Origin: an uncultured virus (IMG/VR IMGVR_UViG_3300003962_000201)
Taxonomy: Duplodnaviria > Heunggongvirae > Uroviricota > Caudoviricetes
Length of the DNA: 64,000 bases
Direction: 5' to 3' (one strand)
IMG/VR virus record: IMGVR_UViG_3300003962_000201
The stretch's first letter is position 1; each line of letters starts with the position of its first letter. Positions 54,601 to 63,600 of this stretch are shown in pieces. The position numbers were made by a program, and so were the translations under genes. Under the pieces are notes generated by a model. That model searched no databases, was not told where the DNA came from, and worked only from the letters and a program-made list of their open reading frames with translations.

Positions 54601-56974
54601 TCCAACAATAAGCAAGATAAAAGAAATTGCTGGTTCAATCGCTAATTTTGGCGGAAATCAAAATCAACAGGCAGAACTTAATGCGATTTTGGATTTGGTT
54701 CAACCAAAGCAATTTTCAATAAGTTATTTTGTGAATAATTCTTGCGAAGTTATTGATAGCTCTTCTTTAACCATCTCTTATAAGACACAAAATTCAAATG
54801 AAATTGAAATTTTTAAGACAAATTCTTTTTTTGATGTCCCAGAAGAAGTCAAATCTTTTATTGAAGCAAGTGGATTAACCAATAACATTTCAAATAGGCC
54901 TCCGCAAGAAACATTTTTACAAAAATACTTTGCTAAAATTATAAATGGCGTTTCCGGGAACCAATTAACTTCTCAAATTAATGATTTGATGGAGCGCGAA
55001 TTATCAAATAATAAATTTTTTGCTCTTTTTAATAACATTTTGGTAAATTTTGGAAAAAGAATAACAAATTCTCCACTTTTTATTGAAAAAATTATAAAAA
55101 ATCTTAATTTTACAATCGCAGATAAAAATGGCTGTGAAGTTTCTTTGCTTGACCTTTCAAGAGCCAAGAATTCTTTGAGAGATACAATAAAAAATTCTTG
55201 TGGAGAAGACTTAAGCCCAAATCAAAACCCTTTCCAGGCGCGTGTGGGTGCGCTGGAACTTGCCGGCCTGGAAGCAACCATCAAAACTCTTTTCAGGCTT
55301 TATGCGATTGAGTTTGTTGTGCAAAATGTTTTTATTTTTACTCAATTTAACATAAAAACGATTGAGGAAATTGATAATTCTTTGGTTGAATTTGCTATGG
55401 AAGAGGCGAAGCGAGACATAAAAGAGTTTGGAAATGATTATTTTGATTTGGTTGAGAAGTTTTCAATACAATTTGCGAAAAATCAAGATGAAACAATCAA
55501 TAATTTTTCTCAAGCATTTAAACTTTTTTATACAAAAGAATTGATTGATGTTTTTGAGAAAATTAATTTTATTATCGGTGCTGATAATAATTCGTTCAAT
55601 CTTTCAAGAACTTTTATTGAGAAAACAATACCTTTTGATGATGTTTCTTTTGCTGATGAAGACATAGACTTTGGAATTGCGGTTAAACAGCAACGATTTT
55701 TTACAATAAAAGAAGTCAGCCAAATAAACACCATAAATCAAACAAAGATTAGCAATTTTGATAATACGGATAGTTTGATTGTTGATGTTGAAAATGGTTT
55801 CTTCATTTTAGAGAAGTATGCGAAAGTTAAATACAAAGAGACATTCCCGGAAGGATTTAGAAGAAGCACGATAAAAAATGTTTGTCGTATTGACGAGTTG
55901 CAGAATTATCTGTCCAATTTTAGCAGAGGTCAATTATCAAATGGAATTTCCTATTCTCCTGGCGACATTTTTGAAGAAATAAAAATGGGATTAAGAATTT
56001 CTTATGTCTTTAATCTAAATGATAATCAATTTAGAAATCCAGGAACAAGTCCAAAAGGGGCCTTGGCGGAATTAAAGACAAGTTTAGCAAATCAAGCAAA
56101 GATCATAAACATAAATGAAAGAGCGTTTTTTACAAAAGAAAGTTTTGCGGTGGATACAAGAATAGGTTTTGATTTAGACCGCGGCGGAGCAAATGTTAGA
56201 GAAAGAGACATTTATTTAATTCCCGTCTGCTCTAACGAGATAGAGGTTTCTCCAGTTGCTGCGACCACCGCCGGAAATGAGTATTTTCAGGTCTGGGAAC
56301 AATCAAAAGAAAATCTTATTGAAGGACTATCAAGAAAAGATGAGTTTAAATTTATGTTTAATTTTATCACCCCTCTTCAAAAAATACCATCCCTTTTAGG
56401 TATTTTTTCTTATCTTTATTTATCAAACTTGTTGGAAATTGATATTTTATTTGATGGAACAAAATCTTCTTTGAAGAAATTATTTCAAACATTTTTAAAC
56501 TCTGGAAAGCTGGATTATGAAGATGCCGACTCGCTGGAATACGGCGGAAGTCCGGGAACTTATGCAAACATGGAGGCAGGGAATTTTGATGACCTTTCGC
56601 CAGACATTAAAGCAATCATTATCGGGTTTATCTTAAAGACCCCAATAAGGATTTTGAAAGGCCTTGTTGAAATTTCCGACCCGAACATTTTTATCGCTTC
56701 CAAGATTGCGCTCGCCGCCCGGCTCGCGTGCAAGCCTTTGCCTGTGGCCGTTCCTAGCCTCGCTCTTTTGCCCTCAAATGTATTTCCGCCGCCGCCGCTA
56801 GGGCCTGGAATTGGACCGCCTATAAGCCCTCTGGGGTTTGCTTATCTCGCGATTGATGCTTTTGATAGTATCCCAATACCCGGATGTGAAGAACCCGAAG
56901 AAAGCGATAATTATGATAAACCTTCACAAGATGAAGTTAGGAGAAAGTTTTGCGATGAAAACGGGGGAAGTTAA
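51650..56974 (+). CDS. Large (1774 aa) virion/baseplate-region protein of unknown function
   Basis: Long ORF inside the structural module. Confidence 0.8.
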   Translation: MECRSTLNKPLQPNSIPVTKAIPLDWVTLRLDQPYFDSASGNYFISVPLIKIPQNSLDEEEIRTASITIGSLTLLQILSKVNTEETRRQASANAFMADIFISLRPNLVCPEATDKVLVGIPKADLDAIPEDPNAPLPIASDEIITTTDRLVEDFRSLAEVIEEMAQTSGEEIKQQSGIDISKDADIIQKIPKVIETFLLKNGIIFNQDRQDLIVIGLDANNIPLYFLYDDGSASLNLRGSFGELRDIFIPRVSTYLKNLDFIIRQGNAGLGLSSLLAELPDLSFPNISVDFPFANFNLSVKGIRATYDTGLPKDEDGKDKEDEELEELSNNKDFSKKVQERLENVFDQRFAFLENIKTLDDVYSLLLNRTDITCFASFALECLSNNLPKDFIKCELIKSFLRNLSGKDFIRVLKELNLTIDILPEFAQSVREDLLICYEELDEKNKKELLDQINFRLKTNFIVAGQIREILSTEDVVNSFGFRGKLILEEKFVSQKDKVIDDLINLVGCEAFANLNNSSLVGATLANSTINALEQGNLCDLNFKLPKIPFIDFDLQLPTWDALKIIFDELALSILEGITTAFLELVKSLFEQLIRVCDEDGIPGIIDNLGNGDFLNSNIFKNALANSIGIDPSVLTDPEQFQQVLEGALTRLNVVPTITGDFGNIGAIAGSITRLMDDLGAILTPTELAKLLNGNSTDEVKQIVDCIITSKYPDLNVETDPGTDKKEKITNLFGTLGGLINKQKLFDDIILINDFGDDDFCDIQSDLAKRKLLSAKGLTPSQIDNEINKLKARKLARISQLANLIEDPNFAQKFVPGICSNSSFSFNPPQMNLFMEKALRGMFDGTKMTFDREINSFVPSLKETVYETKTVRKFIDVSFEKNDGNVVSSKIINPEWSRLVAQGFPDEIRDENGQVLEDETNDVERETQTSVPAGVGTIAGGLKNAFKNLSSDNILLNVDNGLVFTVPNSNDPYRQTTNNLQFLNPTISKIKEIAGSIANFGGNQNQQAELNAILDLVQPKQFSISYFVNNSCEVIDSSSLTISYKTQNSNEIEIFKTNSFFDVPEEVKSFIEASGLTNNISNRPPQETFLQKYFAKIINGVSGNQLTSQINDLMERELSNNKFFALFNNILVNFGKRITNSPLFIEKIIKNLNFTIADKNGCEVSLLDLSRAKNSLRDTIKNSCGEDLSPNQNPFQARVGALELAGLEATIKTLFRLYAIEFVVQNVFIFTQFNIKTIEEIDNSLVEFAMEEAKRDIKEFGNDYFDLVEKFSIQFAKNQDETINNFSQAFKLFYTKELIDVFEKINFIIGADNNSFNLSRTFIEKTIPFDDVSFADEDIDFGIAVKQQRFFTIKEVSQINTINQTKISNFDNTDSLIVDVENGFFILEKYAKVKYKETFPEGFRRSTIKNVCRIDELQNYLSNFSRGQLSNGISYSPGDIFEEIKMGLRISYVFNLNDNQFRNPGTSPKGALAELKTSLANQAKIININERAFFTKESFAVDTRIGFDLDRGGANVRERDIYLIPVCSNEIEVSPVAATTAGNEYFQVWEQSKENLIEGLSRKDEFKFMFNFITPLQKIPSLLGIFSYLYLSNLLEIDILFDGTKSSLKKLFQTFLNSGKLDYEDADSLEYGGSPGTYANMEAGNFDDLSPDIKAIIIGFILKTPIRILKGLVEISDPNIFIASKIALAARLACKPLPVAVPSLALLPSNVFPPPPLGPGIGPPISPLGFAYLAIDAFDSIPIPGCEEPEESDNYDKPSQDEVRRKFCDENGGS

Positions 56975-57355
56975 ATGTCGGGAATAGCTCCAAAATTGCC
57001 TTTAAGATTTTCCACCGATGGGGGTTTCGCCCAGACGCAGACGCTCAAAGAAACAATTCAGCAAAACTTTAAAAATCTTCTTTTAACCTCTCAGGGCGAG
57101 CGGGTGATGGACATCAATTTCGGCGTGGGCCTTCGCGCCCTTCTCTTCGAAAACGACAGCGTTGCTACTCGAAATAATGTTGTTGCTAAAATAAAACAAC
57201 AAGCGGGAATTTACATGCCGTTTCTCAACATAGCGGCTGTCAAATTCTTTACAAATTTAGAAAACTCCTTGCTGGAAGCGAACGAAATAAACATTCAGGT
57301 TTTTTATTTCATCATTCCTCTTGAAAGCAACGATTTTATTTCAATAAATTTGTAA
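56975..57355 (+). CDS. Baseplate wedge protein, T4 gp25-like
   Basis: QNFKNLLLTSQGERVMDINFGVGL..LLFE. Confidence 0.92.
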   Translation: MSGIAPKLPLRFSTDGGFAQTQTLKETIQQNFKNLLLTSQGERVMDINFGVGLRALLFENDSVATRNNVVAKIKQQAGIYMPFLNIAAVKFFTNLENSLLEANEINIQVFYFIIPLESNDFISINL

Positions 57356-57374
57356 ATTCTAATTAATAGTTAAA

Positions 57375-59180
57375 ATGTCTAACAATAAGCGTTCTCCCAC
57401 CATAATACGATACACTTCACGAGATTTTGAAAGCATTAAGCAAGATTTGGTGGAATACGCCAAGAGAAACTATCCAGACTCCTACAAAGACAATAGCGAA
57501 GCCGGGTTCGGTGCGATGATGCTTGATGCTGTTTCAATAATCGGCGACCAATTATCTTATTACCTTGATTATTCCGTTAATGAAAGCACTATGGAGACCG
57601 CCGCGGAATACAATAACATCTTGAAATTAGCCAAGTTTTTGGGATACAAATACAAAGGTGTTCCAACTTCACAAGGAATTCAAACATTTTACTTGATAAT
57701 TCCTGCGAATACAATAGGAAATGCTCCGGACAGAAATTATTTACCAATCTTAAAAAAAGGAAGTGAAATTGCTTCTCTAAACGGGAATGGTTTTATTGTT
57801 AATGAAGATGTTGATTTTTCTAACATAAATAATGAAATTGTTGTTGCGAGAGTTGATGATAATACAGGAACTCCAACAGCTTACGCTGTTAAATCATTCG
57901 GCCAAATAATTTCTGGAAAACTAATTGAAGAATTGGTTGAAGTTGGTGAATTTAAAAAATTCTTAAAATTAGAGTTAGGGTCGGCAAACATTGCGGAGAT
58001 TATTTCAATTCACGATGAAGAAGGAAACGAATACTTTGAGGTTGAAAATTTAACACAAGATACGATTTATAGACCAATCGCAAATCGCGATGCGACAACG
58101 AACATTTATTCTAAATCAATTTTAAGACCATTTTTGGTTCCAAGAAGATTTGTTGTTGAACGAGAATTAAATAAGACATTTATTCAATTTGGCTTTGGCG
58201 GAGAACAAAACTCCTCTGTTTCTCAAATAATAGACCCATCAAGAGCAATTTTAAAAGAATACGGAAAAGATTACATAAGCAATACCTCTTTTGACCCAGG
58301 TAAGCTCCTTGAAACAGATGCTATGGGAATTGCCCCAGCAAATACAACATTAAGAGTTGTCTATCGGGTGAACACGCAAAGTCAAGTCAACGCTTCTGTT
58401 AATTCCGTAACACAAATAACAAATCCTATTTTTGAGTTTTCTAACATCTCTTCTTTGGACGCAAATCAAGTTGCTTCTGTTATTAATTCCCTGGAAACAA
58501 ATAATGACGAAACAATCATAGGGGATACAACACCAATAACCACAGATGAATTAAAAATTCAAGCGTACGGAACATTTAGTTCCCAAAATAGAGCGGTTAC
58601 TCTCCAAGATTACAAAACCTATGTTTATTCTATGCCGGGCGAGTTCGGTTCAATTAAAAGAGTAAATGTTATTCAGGATAAAAACTCCTTCAAGAGAAAT
58701 CTTAATTTTTATGTTATAAGCGAAGATAGTTCCGGAAAACTTGTAACAACAAATGATACAATTAAGCAAAACTTAAAAATTTGGCTTGAAAATGGAAAAA
58801 TGATAAATGATACGATAGACATTCTTGATGCTGTCATCGTCAATTATGGAATTGAGTACCAAGTTATTGGAGATTTAAACATAAACAAATTTAACATTTT
58901 ATCATCCTGCAACCAAGCCATTCGGGATTATCTTCAAATCCTTCCTGAAATTGGTGAAAACTTTTTCATAAGCGAGATTTTTAAAATCTTGAATGATGTT
59001 GATGGAGTTGTTGATGTTGTCGGTGTTAAAATTGTTCCAAAGACCGGTGGTGTTTATTCTTCTGCCACATTTGATTTTGAGAAAGAAACGGTTTCTAACG
59101 GAAGATTTGTTAAAGTTCCCAAGAACGTCGTGGTTGAGTGCAAATACCCGAAAAATGACATTAAGGGTTCTGTAAGATAA
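57375..59180 (+). CDS. Baseplate wedge protein, T4 gp6/baseplate-J-like
   Basis: YTSRDFESIKQDL; LAKFLGYK; QFGFG; QNRAVTLQDY. Confidence 0.92.
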   Translation: MSNNKRSPTIIRYTSRDFESIKQDLVEYAKRNYPDSYKDNSEAGFGAMMLDAVSIIGDQLSYYLDYSVNESTMETAAEYNNILKLAKFLGYKYKGVPTSQGIQTFYLIIPANTIGNAPDRNYLPILKKGSEIASLNGNGFIVNEDVDFSNINNEIVVARVDDNTGTPTAYAVKSFGQIISGKLIEELVEVGEFKKFLKLELGSANIAEIISIHDEEGNEYFEVENLTQDTIYRPIANRDATTNIYSKSILRPFLVPRRFVVERELNKTFIQFGFGGEQNSSVSQIIDPSRAILKEYGKDYISNTSFDPGKLLETDAMGIAPANTTLRVVYRVNTQSQVNASVNSVTQITNPIFEFSNISSLDANQVASVINSLETNNDETIIGDTTPITTDELKIQAYGTFSSQNRAVTLQDYKTYVYSMPGEFGSIKRVNVIQDKNSFKRNLNFYVISEDSSGKLVTTNDTIKQNLKIWLENGKMINDTIDILDAVIVNYGIEYQVIGDLNINKFNILSSCNQAIRDYLQILPEIGENFFISEIFKILNDVDGVVDVVGVKIVPKTGGVYSSATFDFEKETVSNGRFVKVPKNVVVECKYPKNDIKGSVR

Positions 59181-59209
59181 TTTGTTAAAGTTCATAATTA
59201 CATTAACAA

Positions 59210-60649
59210 ATGACGATTTTTAGATTATCAGCCTCAAAAGATAATTCAATAACAAACGCTTATTCTTATAATTTAACAACCCGAATGACCGGAGCAAATA
59301 ACGGTGCCGCGGATGTTAATGAAGTTTTTAGCATTTTCGGGCAAGCATCGTCATCTTCACAGGAGATTTCACGGGCTCTTTACCAATTTCCTATTGATAC
59401 ATTCTCAACCCGCCGATCTCTTGGTCTTCTTCCTGTTTCTGGTTCTGTTTCGTTTTTCTTGAAACTCTCCAACGCGAGACACGGAGAAACTTTACCAACT
59501 CAATTTACCTTAGTTGTTAATCCTTTATCTTCCTCTTGGGATGAAGGCGGAGGTCTTGATTTAGAAAATGGAAAAGACCTCTCTCCTGTTGGTCAATTTG
59601 GCTCAAACTGGATTTATCGCTCTTCTGGTTCTTTATGGACCTCTCAAGGAGGAGATTTCTTAACTTCCTCGGTTTATTCGCAATACTTTGAAAATGGTGA
59701 TGAAAACCTGTCCATCGACATAACACCTTTGGTTGAAGAGTGGATTTCGGGAACAACTCCTAATAACGGCTTGATTGTCCGCCTTTCAGGAACACAAGAG
59801 AGCGGCTCAAATCAATCATTTTATACCAAGCGTTTCTTTTCGCGAGGCTCGGAATTTTTCTATGAAAGACCTTGGATAGAGGCGAGATACAACGACAACA
59901 TCTATGATAATAGAAATAATTTCGCAGCCTCTTCAACGCTCGCAACAGCGCAAGAAAATTTGAATGTTCTTTATTTTTACAATTATGTCCGTGGAGCGTT
60001 GCGAAACATTCCGGCAGTCGGGACAAGTTCTGTTTATGTCTCTTTCTGGACTTCCGCGTCAGCGGGAACACAACTTTTAACAGCGCCAACAACTCCAATA
60101 ACGGGCGGGTGGCTTTCAACTGGAATTTACACAGCTTCGGTTGCTTTGGATACAACCTCTTCGGTTGTTTATGATAGATGGTTTTATTCTTCAACCTCCG
60201 GTGAAGTTTATTTTCATACTGGAACAATTTATCCTGTTTCAATAAAAGAAAATCTCCCAGATACTGAATTTATTATAAACATTAAAAATTTGAAAAAAGT
60301 CTATAATACAACCGAAAAATCTCGCTTGAAATTATTTGTTCGTCAAAAAAATTGGAGACCGACAATCTATTACAAAGCAACCGAAACAGCAAAGAATTTG
60401 ATTTTATCAAGTTCTTATTACAAGATTTTCCGTGCTGTTGATGGTTTTGAGGTCATACCTTACGGAACAGGCTCAAATGAACATACAAGATTGTCTTTTA
60501 ATGGAGATGGTAATTATTTTGACTTGGATTTCAATTTATTTGAGCCGGGATACATGTATTCTATTAAAATTCTTGTTAAAAACAGAGATAATGAATACTT
60601 GGAGCAAAAAGAAACATTTAATTTCAGGGTAGAAAATAATGTCAATTAA
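59210..60649 (+). CDS. Virion protein with DNRLRE-like domain
   Basis: SRALYQF…W.EG.G…W…GGDF…IDITPLVEEWISG…NNGLIVRL…F.SR. Confidence 0.7.
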   Translation: MTIFRLSASKDNSITNAYSYNLTTRMTGANNGAADVNEVFSIFGQASSSSQEISRALYQFPIDTFSTRRSLGLLPVSGSVSFFLKLSNARHGETLPTQFTLVVNPLSSSWDEGGGLDLENGKDLSPVGQFGSNWIYRSSGSLWTSQGGDFLTSSVYSQYFENGDENLSIDITPLVEEWISGTTPNNGLIVRLSGTQESGSNQSFYTKRFFSRGSEFFYERPWIEARYNDNIYDNRNNFAASSTLATAQENLNVLYFYNYVRGALRNIPAVGTSSVYVSFWTSASAGTQLLTAPTTPITGGWLSTGIYTASVALDTTSSVVYDRWFYSSTSGEVYFHTGTIYPVSIKENLPDTEFIINIKNLKKVYNTTEKSRLKLFVRQKNWRPTIYYKATETAKNLILSSSYYKIFRAVDGFEVIPYGTGSNEHTRLSFNGDGNYFDLDFNLFEPGYMYSIKILVKNRDNEYLEQKETFNFRVENNVN

Positions 60650-63600
60650 GAACCTGTTCAACAAAAACGACATTCTTCAAATTCTTCCTGCGACAACCGA
60701 AGAAGAAATTTCTCGCGAAATTGAAAGCGAAGGATACATAAGTTCCTTTATTGAAGAACAAAATAAGTTTCTCCCAAGAGTAGACCTATCAAATCCGGCC
60801 AATTTTGCTCGTTGGGGTTCTGCGGAGCAATACTATCTCGACAGTATCGAGTACATCGCTGAAACTTATCCTTATGATGGATCTTTAAAAGAAAAAGTAA
60901 ATTGGTCTTTAAGTTCTTCTTATCTTGATTTGTACCTCTTTGAAAATGAATACCCAAGAGTAAATGGTTATGTTAATCTTGGATTAAACTATGGAACGCA
61001 AGTTTCGTCAAGCTCCAATTATTCTCTTGTTGATAATTTATCCTACATTTTCTTAAAAGGCGGCCCAAATTCCGCCTCGGCCGGAATGGAGGGAAAACCT
61101 CTTGCGGAAACCTTTAATTTATCAAATTATTATAGCACCGCCTCAAATAGAGAAAATAATCTTGAAATAGACCCGAATGCCGGAATAACAATTGAATTTT
61201 GGATGAATAAAGTTTCAGCCTCGGTCGGTTCTGGGAAACAGGTTATTTTTGATTTGTGGAATTCTCGTTCTTATGCCGACACAAATTACGGAAGAATTCG
61301 TCTTGAAATTAGACCACAAATTACCGGAAGCCAAAATCAATTCTTTCTCGAAATTCGTTCCGGAAGTTCCGGCCTTTCAGCTCAACGAGCAGATACGACA
61401 ATTCCAATCGGCAACAACCTTTTAATCACCGGAAGCGATTGGAAACAGTATTCTTTGACCGTAAAAAATTCCGGAAGCCAAATGGTCGCGGAACTTTGGA
61501 CTTCTGGCGTTCTTAATGATACAATCATAACAGGGTCTTCAATCGGGGCCATAACCGGCTCTATGATTGCGACCATAGGTTCTCTCATAACATCTGTTTC
61601 GGGCGCCAACGGCGGATTAGGGTGGGGCAAACTCTCTGCTTCTCTTGATGAATTTAGATTTTGGAAAGTTAAACGAAACGCCGAGCAGATTGGTCGTTAT
61701 TGGTTTACCCAAGTCGGCGGTGGAACAAATACCGATTTAGCAAATACTAATTTAGGAATTTATTACAAATTTAACGAAGGTGTTTGGAATAGCTCCTCAA
61801 TTGATTACGCTGACGCGAAAATTCTTGACTATTCCGGTCGCATCTCTAATGGAAATCTTGTCGGGTATTCTCTTGGTATGCGTTCAACATCTTCCGCTAT
61901 GGTTCTTGCTGGTGCAACCGAAAGAGAATTCCAAGACCCAATAATTTATTTATCTCACCCAAGGGTTCAAGAATTTCTTTCGGCAAAGCAAGAAATAGGA
62001 TTTAACCACGATGTTTCAGGGTCATCAAATCTTTATTTTATGTTCCCTGCTTGGATTAGAGAAGAAGACGAGAAAGACAACGCTTTTGTTCTTAAAAAGT
62101 TTTCTCAAATTATCGGCAAATCTTTTGATGACCTCCATCTCCAAATTGAGAGTTTCTCAAAGATAAAGCACCCGGATTATACAGAAACAACCGAACGGCC
62201 TTACAATTTTACAAGCAGACTTGTCAATTCAACAGGATTGTTTGTTCCTGAACTTTTTACGCAAGCGGAGGCTCTTGAGGCTCTTGCGAACCGAAGTGAA
62301 ATTGAAGAGTTTGAGAATAAACTTTACGAAATTAAAAGCAGAATTTATGAAAACATTTATAATAATTTGTCTTTCATAAACAAATCAAAAGGAACAGAAA
62401 AATCTTTTAGAAATTTGTTTCACGCATTTGGAGTTGATGATGATTTATTGAAAGTTAATCTCTATGTTGATGGAGAAACTTACAAATTTGAAAATAATTT
62501 AAAATTTGGCGTTGCCCGTAAAAAATTTGCCGATTTCAACAATCCCGATAGATTTGATGCGACAATTTATCAATTTACATCAAGCCAAACCAATAGTCGT
62601 TCATTTATCTCAAATCTTTCTGGAACAAGATTTAACGGAGAGACATACGAAATTGAGTGCCTCTTTCCAAAGAAATTTGAAAGAGACAGCGAACTTTACT
62701 TTGAGACAACCTTTTTGTCTTCTTCCATCTTTGGAGGACACACGGCAAATACAGGAACAACCCAAAACAATTTGGGTTGGAACTCTCCCGACATTTTCAA
62801 TTTCCAAGTCTACTCTGTTCGCGAAAGCCAAGAGAGTAAAAATGTTTATTTCCAACTAACTGGAACTTCCGGAGGGTCTGTTCCAAATCTAACTTCTTCT
62901 GTTTTCAAAGATGTTTATGATAATTCCAAGTGGAATTTGTTTGTTAGAATTAAACCAAATGGGTATCCTTACGCTTCAGCGACTTCTGGCTCAATTTCAA
63001 CTTACACAATAGAATTTATTGGAAAAAATTATGTTCTTGATGTTCTCGTTAATTCTTTCGCGGTTTCCTCAACAATTCCTTCATCATTTTTGAGCGGCGC
63101 TCGAAGAATGTATGCCGGCGCTCATAGACAAAATTTCACAGGCACCGTTATTGATAGAACAGATGTTAAAATTTCTAATCTTCGGTATTGGGTCTCCGCT
63201 TTGGAAGATGAAGTTCTTGATTTGCACGCAAAAGATGCTTTTAATTATGGAACAATAAACCCTATTCAAAACGCTTATTTGAGCGACAGAAACCTTTTTG
63301 GAAACGACATTCAGCAAATTCCATACGGACAAACTCTTGCTTTGTACTGGGATTTTTCAAGCGTTTCTTCTTCCGGACCATCAAGCGACGGAAACCCAAC
63401 AACTTATGATGCGACCTTTGAGGTTGCAGATTTATCTTCTGGTTCGGCGGAGTTAAGACAGTCTTTACCAGCAATTAGAGATGCTGTCAATTATTTTTAT
63501 CCAGGTATCGGTGGATTTTATCCTCCAAACGATACAAACGCAATTAATCAGGAATACCTCCAAAATGCTGAATTAATGTTGCCGGAGGTTCAAAACTCTT

